This document shows, in pieces, positions 18,347-28,058 of a stretch of 64,000 nucleotides of DNA (its first letter is position 1; every line of letters starts with the position of its first letter). This DNA is from a virus (Duplodnaviria; Caudoviricetes): the IMG/VR virus record IMGVR_UViG_3300013121_000041, positions 32,001 through 96,000 of that record; one strand, 5' to 3'. The notes beneath the pieces were generated by a model. That model was not told where the DNA came from, made no database searches, and worked only from the letters and a program-made list of their open reading frames with translations. The translations under genes and the position numbers were made by a program.

Positions 18347-18699
18347 CCGTGCGTGTTATTATCGCTGGTTCTCGCTGGATCGGTGATCAGCGTTTCGTTG
18401 ATGAAGCTGTGAGCGAGAGTGGTTTCACCATCGACACCGTCGTTTCTGGTGGTGCCCGTGGCGTCGACCGTCTAGGTGAGCGCTGGTCGAAGGTTAATGG
18501 GACGAAGCTGTCCGTATTCCCCGCTGATTGGGCGAAGTACGGGAACGCCGCAGGGCCTATCCGTAATCGTCAGATGGGCGATTATGCCGATGCCCTGATC
18601 GCAGTCTGGGACGGTAAGTCTTCGGGGACGAAGGACATGATCGATTACATGAAGAAATTGGGCAAGCCGGTGTACGTCAAGGTGATGGGTGATAGATGA
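18343..18699 (+). CDS. SLOG/YspA-like (DUF2493) protein
   Basis: IIAGSR, SGGARGVD, AGPIRNRQM, WDGKSSGT. Confidence 0.85.
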   Translation: MTVRVIIAGSRWIGDQRFVDEAVSESGFTIDTVVSGGARGVDRLGERWSKVNGTKLSVFPADWAKYGNAAGPIRNRQMGDYADALIAVWDGKSSGTKDMIDYMKKLGKPVYVKVMGDR

Positions 18700-18858
18700 T
18701 TGACGCCGACGAAGCGACCGTCATTTTTGGATCGCCTGCCGGTGGGGTCGTGCGTGTGATGCCGGTGATGTTGCCGTTTCCGTCGGAGTCGTGTCTGACG
18801 ATCGCCGTCATGGATTCAGATGGAAACGTGACGATACGAACGGAAGTTCCGAAGGGCG

Positions 18859-19401
18859 ATGACGATGACGAAGGTCATTAACTTCAGCGGTGGCCCGGCC
18901 GCTGGTAAGACGACGATGGCAGCCGAACTTTTCGGCCACATGAAGCGAAATCGTCTTAACGTCGAGTACGTTTCAGAATTTGCCAAAGACTTGGTGTGGC
19001 GATCGTCGAATTCTTTGGAAGATCAGGTTTACGTTTTCGGACAGCAACATCATCGTCTGTACATGTTACTAAATCGCGTTGATTGGATCATCACAGACTC
19101 CCCCCTTTTCCTATCGGCGTTTTACGTGTCGGGAGCGATGGGAAAATTTGGTCATAAATTGGATGAATGGAAGGACGAATTTTCCAACGTCGTCTTTCAC
19201 ACTTTCAATCTATATGAAAATCTAAATTTTTTCGTCGATCGTGTTGGCCGTAAATTCATTCAGGCTGGTCGCAACGAAGACGAGGAAACGTCGAAGTCGT
19301 ATGACGTTAAAATACGACGTATGATGGACGATCGGGGCATACCGTACACGGTCGTCCGCACCGTCGAAGAGGTCGTAGATCGAATCGGTCCGGTGATTTA
19401 A
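18859..19401 (+). CDS. NadR/AAA_28-like P-loop kinase
   Basis: GGPAAGKTT, SEFAK, ITDSP. Confidence 0.8.
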   Translation: MTMTKVINFSGGPAAGKTTMAAELFGHMKRNRLNVEYVSEFAKDLVWRSSNSLEDQVYVFGQQHHRLYMLLNRVDWIITDSPLFLSAFYVSGAMGKFGHKLDEWKDEFSNVVFHTFNLYENLNFFVDRVGRKFIQAGRNEDEETSKSYDVKIRRMMDDRGIPYTVVRTVEEVVDRIGPVI

Positions 19402-19417
19402 TTCAACAGGAGATAAC

Positions 19418-19720
19418 GTGAAACAGAAAGCAAAATCTAGGCGCTTCGATCCGAGAACGAGTCGGGCCGCCGCCCGTTCCGTCAGGGACGATACCGTCAC
19501 CCGTCTTGAGGGCATGATTCACAAGGCCATCGCCAAGCGCGGTAAGAAGGGGGCCACTTGGGACGAGGTTCATCGTCTCACGAAAATCGACAAGGCGTCG
19601 ATCTCCCCACGCTTCAAGCCGATGCGTGACAAGGGTCTTATTTTCGCCAAGGAAGACGACGGCGGTCCGATCAAGCGTCCGGGAAATTCCGGTCGTGGTC
19701 AGATCGTCTGGTTTGCCTGA
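19418..19720 (+). CDS. winged-helix DNA-binding protein
   Basis: DPRTSRAAA...ISPRFKPM..KGL...GRGQIVW. Confidence 0.65.
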   Translation: MKQKAKSRRFDPRTSRAAARSVRDDTVTRLEGMIHKAIAKRGKKGATWDEVHRLTKIDKASISPRFKPMRDKGLIFAKEDDGGPIKRPGNSGRGQIVWFA

Positions 19721-19753
19721 TCATCGTCAAGATTTGCCTGATCATCGTCAAGA
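19712..19753. repeat. 21-bp perfect tandem repeat
   Basis: TTTGCCTGATCATCGTCAAGA x2. Confidence 0.9.
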
Positions 19754-19800
19754 TGGGTCGTGGCGTTCGTTACGACCCATCGCAACTCAAGGAGATCGCG

Positions 19801-20004
19801 ATGTACTATGTGATGAACGATGATAATGTGTCGTCATGGTCGGACGAAGTTTTAGATAAGGCCGAGATGTTCGAACGGGAAGAGGCGGCCGTGGCGCGGG
19901 CCAAAGCATTGTCGAAGGATTGCCCCGGTAAGGAATTTTTCGTCGCCAAACGGATCGCGCGGATTTTCACACCGATCGGCGATACGATGGTCGGCGTCGT
20001 ATGA
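19801..20004 (+). CDS. hypothetical protein
   Basis: AGGAG RBS upstream. Confidence 0.6.
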   Translation: MYYVMNDDNVSSWSDEVLDKAEMFEREEAAVARAKALSKDCPGKEFFVAKRIARIFTPIGDTMVGVV

Positions 20005-20816
20005 GACTTTTCGTTGGGGTATCTCCCGATGGACAGGATGCGGAATCGCAGGCGGTCCTTGAGTGGACCGTCAGGAAATGGTCGTCCGTTCCGATTGACA
20101 TCGTCTGGATGACCGTTTCCCGCGATCCGAATTCTTTCTGGTATTCGGAACCGGAGAAGGGGGCCGGGTGGCAGACGCAGCTTTGGTCGACGCCCTTCTC
20201 TGGATTTCGTTGGGCGATACCGGAGTTTTGCGGTTTCGAAGGCCGGGCGATGTATTGTGACTCCGATTTTATCTTCATGGCCGATGTTGCCGAATTGTGG
20301 CGACAGCCGATGAAAGGGAAAGTCGTCATTGCCAAGGGCGGGGACAACGGCTGGCGTTTTTGTTCCTGTCTGTGGGATTGTGCGGCGGCGAAGGGTCACG
20401 TCCTTCCGTTGGCGGCATTGAAGAAGGCTGATGGACATCGTCGGATGATCGCCCATTTCAGTGGTAATCGGGATTTGGTGGAACCTTTCATCGGAAACTG
20501 GAATTGTGTTGACGTGGAGGGTTACGAGGACGTCCTCGATCCTGAAATCAAGGCACATCATTATTCGTCCATGAACCATCAGTTGCACGTCAAACATGCC
20601 CTCCCCCGTCTCACCGCAGAAGGACGGAGACACTGGTTCGATGGTGTCGTCACCCCTCATTGGCGGGAGGATTATCAGAAGTTGTTCGACGACCTTCTGG
20701 TTGAAGCCACTGAAAATGGATACGGCATCGAACGTTACACTGCCGTCGAGCCTTACGGTAAACAGATCAAGTTGACGCAGGCCGACTATCGTCATGCACA
20801 TGAATGGGTCAAATGA
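20001..20816 (+). CDS. GT-A fold glycosyltransferase
   Basis: TPFSGFRW, AMYCDSDF (DxD), WN, HYS. Confidence 0.8.
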   Translation: MRLFVGVSPDGQDAESQAVLEWTVRKWSSVPIDIVWMTVSRDPNSFWYSEPEKGAGWQTQLWSTPFSGFRWAIPEFCGFEGRAMYCDSDFIFMADVAELWRQPMKGKVVIAKGGDNGWRFCSCLWDCAAAKGHVLPLAALKKADGHRRMIAHFSGNRDLVEPFIGNWNCVDVEGYEDVLDPEIKAHHYSSMNHQLHVKHALPRLTAEGRRHWFDGVVTPHWREDYQKLFDDLLVEATENGYGIERYTAVEPYGKQIKLTQADYRHAHEWVK

Positions 20817-20958
20817 TGAAACTCCCCATCGAAGATCGTTTTGTTCGTATGGCCGATGAAGAGGATTTGGATCGACGGTGGCCGTTCGACACTCCAATCG
20901 TCATCCGCGAATTGCGTGAGTTGAGTTTTTGGGATAAGGTGAGACTGACGTTGATCAT

Positions 20959-21435
20959 TTGGAGGGCATCGTGAAATCAAAGTTCAAGGTCTATCTCGCC
21001 GGGGCCATCTCAGGACAATCGTGGGGTGTTTCGACGGACTGGCGCAATGACGCCGTCCGCCTTCTCGATGATTACAGTGGTGGTCGTATTGAGGGGTACT
21101 CGCCTTTGAGGGCGAAGGATTTTCTCAAGAGCGTCGACGCCATTGCCGATAGTTACGCCGATCATCCGTTGGCTACGTCCAGAGGGATCATGACGCGCGA
21201 CCATTACGACTGTCAATCCGCCGATCTGGTTTTCGTTAATCTCTCGGGGGCCAGCAAGGTTTCCATCGGTACGGTGATGGAAATCGCGTGGGCATATGCC
21301 TATCGAACGCCGATCATCATGGTGCGCGATGAGAGCGGGGCGCACGATCATGCGATGATCAACGAGGCCGTCTGTTATTGGGCCGATGACGTTGAAGATG
21401 CCTGTGCCCTCGCTGCGAAGATATTGTTGCCCTGA
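20959..21435 (+). CDS. nucleoside 2-deoxyribosyltransferase-like
   Basis: VYLAGAI, RD..D, SIGTVMEIAWA. Confidence 0.85.
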   Translation: MEGIVKSKFKVYLAGAISGQSWGVSTDWRNDAVRLLDDYSGGRIEGYSPLRAKDFLKSVDAIADSYADHPLATSRGIMTRDHYDCQSADLVFVNLSGASKVSIGTVMEIAWAYAYRTPIIMVRDESGAHDHAMINEAVCYWADDVEDACALAAKILLP

Positions 21436-21686
21436 TGCCGTACATCAAAGAGGAAGATCGTGAACGACTCGCGTCCGGGTTGCCGATGTTGCAACCCGGA
21501 GAGTTGAATTACGCCATCACGATGCTCGTCGATGAATATATAAAGACGCACGGCGAGAGTTATCGAATTTTCAACGACGTCATCGGGGCGCTCGAATGTT
21601 CGAAACTTGAGGTCTATCGTCGTCTGATTGCTCCTTATGAAAATGGGAAGATCGAGGAAAATGGAGACGTGTTCGATGACCGATGA
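21435..21686 (+). CDS. conserved phage protein
   Basis: MPYI...PGELNY...GALEC.KLE.YRR...PYE..KI.ENGDV. Confidence 0.75.
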   Translation: MPYIKEEDRERLASGLPMLQPGELNYAITMLVDEYIKTHGESYRIFNDVIGALECSKLEVYRRLIAPYENGKIEENGDVFDDR

Positions 21687-21898
21687 TCACATTAAGTTAA
21701 TCGATGAAGTTACGAAGGATCACCCTCCGGTAAAGGATGGGTATGTTAGAATCTACGAGGACCACACGTATCGCTATTATACGGATTTCACAAAGGAAGA
21801 AATTCAGACGATGGTGGACGATCCTCTGTACAAACTTTTACAGGAAGAAATTACGAAAGTGATTAATGAGGAAATCATCAAGAAGATGATGGGTGTGA

Positions 21899-22054
21899 AT
21901 GATGAAAAAGTTTGATTTCGAGAAACATCTATACAGACAGCGTGAATTTTCCGAGAGAACTTTTGGTCCCGGAGCGAGGACCGCTGGCGTCGTCGATTGG
22001 AGAACGGCACCCGCTGATAAGGCGATCGAACATGTCGACGATGGTGCACGATGA
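21899..22054 (+). pseudogene. internally deleted DUF550 (dATP/dGTP pyrophosphohydrolase) remnant
   Basis: HLYRQREFSERTFGPGARTAGVVD is joined directly to WRTAPADKAIEHV; the MazG-like core is missing. Confidence 0.7.
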
Positions 22055-22794
22055 AACCGACGTTGTACGCCGCCTGTGATTTTTCATATTTTTGTGATCA
22101 TGGTTACGCTCTGGCGAAGTCGGCGGCCGATAACAACATGAAGATCGTCATCGAAATGTTCCCGACGCTCGACGGTGATTATGTTTCCATGTTCGACCGC
22201 TTCTTCGCCAATTGGGTGACGAAACGCGACGAAGCCATATTTGAACACGTCGATCTGCGTGGGGCCGACGAGAAATTATTCACCGATCTTCTCACGACAC
22301 TGACGATCGAAGATCGTAGGGCATTTTACGCCTGCTATCGTTTTCTCGCTGCCCCGAGGTGGTTGCACGACGACGACAACATCCTCATCATCGATGCTGA
22401 TTCGATCATTCGAAATCCCGTTGAGTTGCCGGACGGTTTCGACCTAGGTCTGTATCTTCGTGAGGGTAATGTCGTCGGTGCTAACACGTGGGAAGTCGAG
22501 GGGATGAAGGTCGCCGCCGGGGCCGTGTTCTTGACGCGGCGGGCGTCGGCGTTCGCCGTCGACGTCGCCAATCACATCATCTATAATCCGGTCAAATGGT
22601 TCGCAGATCAGGCCGCCCTTTGGGCTGCCTACGGCAAATACAAGGATACGTTGAATGTGGTTCGGCTCGACGAGTTGCCGGTCGTCGATTGGGATTTCAT
22701 TGATGGGACCATGATCTGGACGGGGAAGGGGCGGAGAAAATTCGATGATCCTAAGTATGTAGCGGCGAAGGCGACGATCGATGCCCTTGAGTAA
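22051..22794 (+). CDS. glycosyltransferase-like protein
   Basis: ACYRF, IIDADS (DxD), WFADQ, WTGKG. Confidence 0.7.
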   Translation: MKPTLYAACDFSYFCDHGYALAKSAADNNMKIVIEMFPTLDGDYVSMFDRFFANWVTKRDEAIFEHVDLRGADEKLFTDLLTTLTIEDRRAFYACYRFLAAPRWLHDDDNILIIDADSIIRNPVELPDGFDLGLYLREGNVVGANTWEVEGMKVAAGAVFLTRRASAFAVDVANHIIYNPVKWFADQAALWAAYGKYKDTLNVVRLDELPVVDWDFIDGTMIWTGKGRRKFDDPKYVAAKATIDALE

Positions 22795-24142
22795 ACGTGA
22801 TTTCCTGAAAACTGGATTTCTTTCTATCATTGCCGCTCCGTTTATAGGTGGGATGAAACTGCCGCCAGCACCGTCTCCCGTCGTTGCTCCTCCTCCTCCG
22901 TTGCCTTCCGACGTCAATCCCGTTGAAATCGTCGCCAACAAAATTTCACGAGAACAGCGGTATTGGCGCGAACAAATCATCAAACAGTACGGATCGATGG
23001 ACGCCTACAAGGCGGAACAGCAGCGGAAGATGTTGGTGTCGTTCGAAGAGGAATATGGTATTCGTGGTTGTGATGATGGTGCATTGCGATTGATGGATGA
23101 TGAGACGCGCAAAAAAGCCGAAGCTTTCATGATGGAATATGATGAAAAACTTATGAAAGCAAAGATGATGAAGATCGTCGTCAAATTTCCAAAACTGAAC
23201 GAGCCGTTCAAGAACATCGGTGGTGGCGACCCGTCAAAAAACTATTCACGCGAATCCCTCCCAGAGATCAGGCGTCATTGGTTCGATTTCCGCACTGCCA
23301 TCTCATCTCGCGGTGGCGTGACGATCGATGAGCGTCCCCTGTGGCAGTTTGATGGGGATACCTACGATCCCAATGTCGTCTATTTGATCCCCCACAAATG
23401 CAAGACCGACGGTGCGTTTCCCCCCTCCTGTCTGTTTTATGCACAGACGGTTTTCCCAAATTATTTTACGATCGATCCAGATGGGTGGGGGGCCGATCTA
23501 TCGTTCCTTTCCGACAAAAATTTTGGAAAAATGTCGTCCTTGACGACAAAAAAGCTGTCGTTGGCGGCGTCCGCACGGGAACGCACGTCGTCGGGAAATT
23601 CCAAATTCAGTCAGCCAGCAATCCGAGGGAGTATTTCTAAAACTCCCTACATCCTGTTCGTCTGTCAGATACCGCACGACGAGGCGATCGTCAGATTTTC
23701 GAAAGTGTCGGTGGCCGATGCCCTGCGTGATGCGATCCGTCTGTCGCGCGCCGTGGGCATCGACCTGATCGTCAAGGGCCATCCCGTCAATCCGGGGGCC
23801 ATGATGCCGTTGTGGGAGATCGCCGCCGCCGCTGGCGTCCGATGGGTCGACGATATATCCATCCACGACTGTCTGACGGCACCGTGCGTCGCCGCTTTTA
23901 TGGTCAATTCTGGTGTGGGGTTTGAGGCCCTTTTGATGGGGGTGCCCGTCTATCATTACGGGCGGGCGGAATACGCCAAAGTGGCCACGTTCGTTACTCC
24001 CGGCGACCTCGGGGATGGATGGTGCCCCACCCCAGTCGTCGATGCTGAGGTGGATATTTTCGTGGGGTCTTTTCTGGAACGATGTTTCGATGTGAAGGAT
24101 TTCATCAGTTTTCAACAGGTCGAGAAATTATTCTTGAAATAA
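22781..24142 (+). CDS. capsule-synthesis (KpsS/KpsC-like) GT-B protein with a Tat-like N-terminal extension
   Basis: CQIPHD, VKGHP, VNSGVGFEALL; N-terminus SKRDFLK followed by a hydrophobic stretch. Confidence 0.65.
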   Translation: MPLSKRDFLKTGFLSIIAAPFIGGMKLPPAPSPVVAPPPPLPSDVNPVEIVANKISREQRYWREQIIKQYGSMDAYKAEQQRKMLVSFEEEYGIRGCDDGALRLMDDETRKKAEAFMMEYDEKLMKAKMMKIVVKFPKLNEPFKNIGGGDPSKNYSRESLPEIRRHWFDFRTAISSRGGVTIDERPLWQFDGDTYDPNVVYLIPHKCKTDGAFPPSCLFYAQTVFPNYFTIDPDGWGADLSFLSDKNFGKMSSLTTKKLSLAASARERTSSGNSKFSQPAIRGSISKTPYILFVCQIPHDEAIVRFSKVSVADALRDAIRLSRAVGIDLIVKGHPVNPGAMMPLWEIAAAAGVRWVDDISIHDCLTAPCVAAFMVNSGVGFEALLMGVPVYHYGRAEYAKVATFVTPGDLGDGWCPTPVVDAEVDIFVGSFLERCFDVKDFISFQQVEKLFLK

Positions 24143-24146
24143 ATAG

Positions 24147-25070
24147 GTGATGCGATTCAGATCATTCATCACCGAACGGGCGTCCAAGGACATCACCGAA
24201 GTTGAGTTGAGTAACGACGTCTTCGATGCGATCCTGAAACTTCTCGGCGATATTGGCGGTCGCCGCAGGGACGGTGAGGTGAAGAGGGGGGAGATCACAA
24301 TCAACGGGAGCCGCGTTCCCGCAATCGTCAGTTTCTTTTCGAACCAAGCGCAGATGAATAGTGTTTCCGATTCGCCGATGTTCGGCCGTCTGGAAACCGA
24401 ACCATCGACCGGTTTCATGCACGCAGTTGTCATTAATATTGGCGATCTCATTTCCGTTTCTTTCGAATACATCACGTCCGGAACGAGAGGTTCGTTCTCC
24501 CCGTCAGAACGTCACATTACGCTCAACGTCAATCCCGTGGCGTTCGATTTTGACGATGAGATGGTGGACGTCGATCGTCTCGTCAAATTCCTTTCGAGAG
24601 AGCGAACGATCGTTCGCTCCACGTTCGTTCACGAATTTCAGCATCTCCGTCTGTTCGCCCGTGCTGTAGGGGCTTTTGATCGTGGTGCGATCACAAAAAT
24701 CAATGACAAATTGTTCTCGGCGAAGACGGCGGACGATCAACGGGCGGCGTTCGTCGACTATCAGTCGAACCCAAACGAATTTAACTCACATTACGAACAG
24801 ATGCTCCACACCATCCTCGATGACGTCCGTCGCATGGTGAACCTCAAGGTTTCACCACCGCGTTTCGACGAATTGTTCCCGACGCGACACGCCTTCGAAG
24901 ATTACGTGAAGAAATATCACGTCGCTAAAGTGTTTTTACATGGGTTGAAACCGAATATCGCCGATAATTTGGATCGGAGGATACGGGGTCTTTACGACGA
25001 ACTGTCGAAGGCCGGGGACGGTCCGTCCTTGAAGAAAAAACTGAATGACGGGTTCTTTCGTGGAAAATGA
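24147..25070 (+). CDS. late, probably internal virion protein with HEXXH motif
   Basis: AATAAATA at 24138-24145; N-terminus MRFRSFITE; VHEFQH plus a downstream E. Confidence 0.6.
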   Translation: MMRFRSFITERASKDITEVELSNDVFDAILKLLGDIGGRRRDGEVKRGEITINGSRVPAIVSFFSNQAQMNSVSDSPMFGRLETEPSTGFMHAVVINIGDLISVSFEYITSGTRGSFSPSERHITLNVNPVAFDFDDEMVDVDRLVKFLSRERTIVRSTFVHEFQHLRLFARAVGAFDRGAITKINDKLFSAKTADDQRAAFVDYQSNPNEFNSHYEQMLHTILDDVRRMVNLKVSPPRFDELFPTRHAFEDYVKKYHVAKVFLHGLKPNIADNLDRRIRGLYDELSKAGDGPSLKKKLNDGFFRGK

Positions 25071-25443
25071 TGCCTTCAAAAAGTTAACGGTCAAGTTGGC
25101 GGGGCGTTACGAGATTCCCACGGAGGCGGCGGCGTTTTGCGTGGGGGTCGTTTTCAACGTCCTTAAAAAGCGGGTCGGAAAGGCCGCCGATCCGGTGGTG
25201 GCTGCATATCCCGGAATTGGCCATTATATGGCCTCGGCAAGGGCTTCTGAGGGGTGGTCAATTTTCGGCGACCTGATGGTGGCGGCCAATCAGATGGCCA
25301 CCGTTGGCCTTCCTATGGGCACCATAGAGGCGTTCTGCACGACGGTATTGGTCGACGCCAGAGCGCGGGTCGGAAAGGCCCCTGTAGATGCGATTTTGTC
25401 GCAAATACCGGAGTTGAAAGGCCGTTTGCCTGACTTTTCTTAA
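25045..25443 (+). CDS. hypothetical protein
   Basis: ORF overlapping the previous gene. Confidence 0.55.
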   Translation: MTGSFVENDAFKKLTVKLAGRYEIPTEAAAFCVGVVFNVLKKRVGKAADPVVAAYPGIGHYMASARASEGWSIFGDLMVAANQMATVGLPMGTIEAFCTTVLVDARARVGKAPVDAILSQIPELKGRLPDFS

Positions 25444-25450
25444 ATTCTCT

Positions 25451-25479
25451 TGACAGGGGCTTGAGTCGCCTGTATGGTC
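25451..25479 (+). promoter_or_regulatory. sigma70-like early promoter
   Basis: TTGACA-17nt-TATGGT. Confidence 0.75.
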
Positions 25480-25506
25480 CTCCCACGATTAACGGGGAGC
25501 ACCGTC

Positions 25507-26163
25507 ATGGCGAAAACGAAGCCCAATCTCTTTGCATCTGCACAGAAGATCGAACCGAAGGCATCGAAGGCGAAAGCCAAGAAGGCCGAAGTCAGGATCG
25601 ATGGTCTCGCGGAATTGGCGTCCATCGCCGCCGTGGTCGAATCTCTCTCTTCCCTGAAAGAAACGTTCGAAGCGCAGGTGAAATCCCGGATGACGGAGTA
25701 TTTCGTCGAAGTCGGAACGGCGACCGGCGAACGTCCCGATAATTTCTACGGGTTCGATGATGCTGCGACGGCCTCCTGTGAATTGCGTCGGCGGTCGAGT
25801 GCGTCTGGCCTCACTGACGCCGAGGTCGATCTCCTCGTCCGCGTCGGTATTCCGACCGAACAGATCGAAGATCGCCCGGACACGTTCATCATCAATCCGG
25901 TTTACAAGGAAGACGCCGCCCTGATGGATCGGGTCGGCAAGGTGCTCGGTGGCATCAAGGACATTCCAGAGGATTTCATCCAGCATCAGGTGTCGCGTAA
26001 GAAGACGATCGTGAACGATCAGTCTCTCAGCGCCCTGTTCAAACTCGACGCGAATCAGATTCGTGAATTGATCTCCGTCGTCGGCACGCTCGCCGTCAAG
26101 CCGAAGATCGATGAAGAACTGTCGATCACCCTCAACCGCGTTCGCGCAATCCTCGGAGTCTGA
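25507..26163 (+). CDS. hypothetical early protein
   Basis: GGAG RBS; long ORF. Confidence 0.7.
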   Translation: MAKTKPNLFASAQKIEPKASKAKAKKAEVRIDGLAELASIAAVVESLSSLKETFEAQVKSRMTEYFVEVGTATGERPDNFYGFDDAATASCELRRRSSASGLTDAEVDLLVRVGIPTEQIEDRPDTFIINPVYKEDAALMDRVGKVLGGIKDIPEDFIQHQVSRKKTIVNDQSLSALFKLDANQIRELISVVGTLAVKPKIDEELSITLNRVRAILGV

Positions 26164-26164
26164 C

Positions 26165-26497
26165 ATGGGCGTTCTCTGTGATGATTTCATTCCGCCTCGG
26201 GCATGGGCAACGATCCCCGAACACATGGTCGAAGCCACCCGTCGTTACATCGAACGGGGCATCCCACCGGGCGGATTTCTCACGGCGGTCATCTGCAACG
26301 ATCTCGTCGGTGCCGTAGCCCGTGCCGATGAAATCAACGCCGTCCGCCTCGTCGATTGGGTCCGTTTCTTTCATATGTACGCACCGGCAACGTGTTGGGG
26401 CGACGAATACTGTTTCGACAAGTGGGTGGAAGCCGGTGGTCTCTCTGGTATGAAAATGGAGAAGGGTGATGAAGACGCTCGTCGAACGCCTGAATGA
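26165..26497 (+). CDS. conserved phage protein
   Basis: RYIERGIPPGGFLTAVICNDL. Confidence 0.65.
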   Translation: MGVLCDDFIPPRAWATIPEHMVEATRRYIERGIPPGGFLTAVICNDLVGAVARADEINAVRLVDWVRFFHMYAPATCWGDEYCFDKWVEAGGLSGMKMEKGDEDARRTPE

Positions 26498-26660
26498 ACG
26501 GACCGACGAACCCATTTGTGTCGAAGCGGCGGCGGAGATCGAACGGTTGCGTAAGGTCATCATGAGTCTGGCCCATACCATTGCCGCCGCCCGCCGGGTA
26601 TTGAAGGAATCTTGATACGAGACGGAAAACGGTCTCGTTAAAATATGGAGGAGAAATTCA

Positions 26661-27134
26661 ATGAGCACTCGTGCTGACATCATCGTTCGCCGCACCGACG
26701 ACAAGTGGGCGCGCGTCTATCTGCATTTCGACGGTTATCCCGATGGTGCCGGTCGAACGTTGTTCGAAAGTTACAACGATCAGGACCGGGCCGAACTCCT
26801 CGTTTCCGGCGGTGATATGTCGTCGCTCGCCGAGAGTTGCGATTGTCCCGAAGGACATACGTTCGATACGCGAGTCGATGGATATACGGTTTATTACGGT
26901 CGTGATCGTGGCGAGACCGATTGTGAGGCCAGCGTGTTCGACTCAGTTTCGGAGGCGTGGCCGCCGAAAGACACGTGGACGGAATTTACCTACGTGTGGG
27001 ACGGCTATCGTTGGTGGGTCGGCGATCCGGATGAAGGATTTCAGACAGTCAAACTGCTCGAAGATGTCTTGAGTGGGACCGCAACTATCCATCCTGACAT
27101 CAAGGCGTTCGGTGTTGCAATTGGGAAATGGTGA
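26661..27134 (+). CDS. conserved phage protein
   Basis: MSTR...YLHFDGYP..G, YGRDRGE. Confidence 0.7.
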   Translation: MSTRADIIVRRTDDKWARVYLHFDGYPDGAGRTLFESYNDQDRAELLVSGGDMSSLAESCDCPEGHTFDTRVDGYTVYYGRDRGETDCEASVFDSVSEAWPPKDTWTEFTYVWDGYRWWVGDPDEGFQTVKLLEDVLSGTATIHPDIKAFGVAIGKW

Positions 27135-27143
27135 CGTCAAATC

Positions 27144-27746
27144 ATGAAGTACGACAAGTTCGCTTTCATCACACCGCCGCGCGCGGAAAACCGCATACCG
27201 CCGGGATTGCTCGACGGTTACGAGGCGCGCGGATGGTGGGCACAGAGGAAATTGAACGGAACGAATTCCGTGATCTTCGTGTCGCCGGAGAAGACGTTGC
27301 GGGCGATGACACGCCACGGTGAAGATCATAAGATGTGGTCGTTCTCCGACGACTCTGCGGCCGTCTTCCGAAATCTCCCCGGAAGGGGATGGTGGGTCAT
27401 CAACGCGGAGTTGATGCACTCGAAGGGTGGTGGTATGAGGGACGTGAATTACGTTCACGACGTTCTCGTTGCCGACGGTGACTGGCTGTTGGGTTCGACG
27501 TACCAGCAACGATGGGGCATCCTCTCGTCCGTGTTGCCCGGCAAGGAAGACGGATGGCGGCGCATCGTCAACGCGAAGACGTGGCTCGCGAATAACGTCG
27601 TTTCCGGGTTCAAGGATGCTTTCAGTTCTCTCGTCGGGGTCGAATTTGAAGGTCTCGTCCTCAAAGACCCTCTCGGCAAATTGGCCACGAAGGGGGTGCC
27701 GTGGGCAGTGAAGTGTCGCCGTCCGGCGAAGAATTACGGCTTCTAG
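27144..27746 (+). CDS. ATP-dependent ligase-like nucleotidyltransferase (adenylation domain only)
   Basis: QRKLNG (motif I), NAEL, VHDVL, FEGLVLK, VKCR. Confidence 0.75.
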   Translation: MKYDKFAFITPPRAENRIPPGLLDGYEARGWWAQRKLNGTNSVIFVSPEKTLRAMTRHGEDHKMWSFSDDSAAVFRNLPGRGWWVINAELMHSKGGGMRDVNYVHDVLVADGDWLLGSTYQQRWGILSSVLPGKEDGWRRIVNAKTWLANNVVSGFKDAFSSLVGVEFEGLVLKDPLGKLATKGVPWAVKCRRPAKNYGF

Positions 27747-27806
27747 GAGGCATCATGTTCGGGGGGAGAAAAGATCGGTTCGAAAAACGGGAGACCTCAT
27801 TGGAGA

Positions 27807-28058
27807 GTGGAGATGTATAAGTTGCCTGAGTTGCGACGCATCGCGTTGCTGTTGGAAGATCATGAGAACGGCGTCGAAGTGTCGTATTATCACCTTCGAA
27901 AACTCGTCGGCATGGGTTTCCTGATCGCCGTCGACGAGAAGATTGAGATGGGACGGCCGCGCAAGGTGTACGTTAAATCCGGCAATTATGCCGCAAAGAT
28001 CGAGAGACTCCGCGAGGAAATCAGGAAGTTGGAAGATGGCGGGGATGAAGCGAAGTAA
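27807..28058 (+). CDS. hypothetical protein
   Basis: GRPRKVY HTH-like tail. Confidence 0.5.
   Translation: MEMYKLPELRRIALLLEDHENGVEVSYYHLRKLVGMGFLIAVDEKIEMGRPRKVYVKSGNYAAKIERLREEIRKLEDGGDEAK

Noticed and set aside
19806-20897. Long antisense ORFs (also 6642-7598, 38596-39384, 56338-57138)
   Set aside because: These are shadow frames of well-supported genes on the opposite strand in GC-rich DNA.
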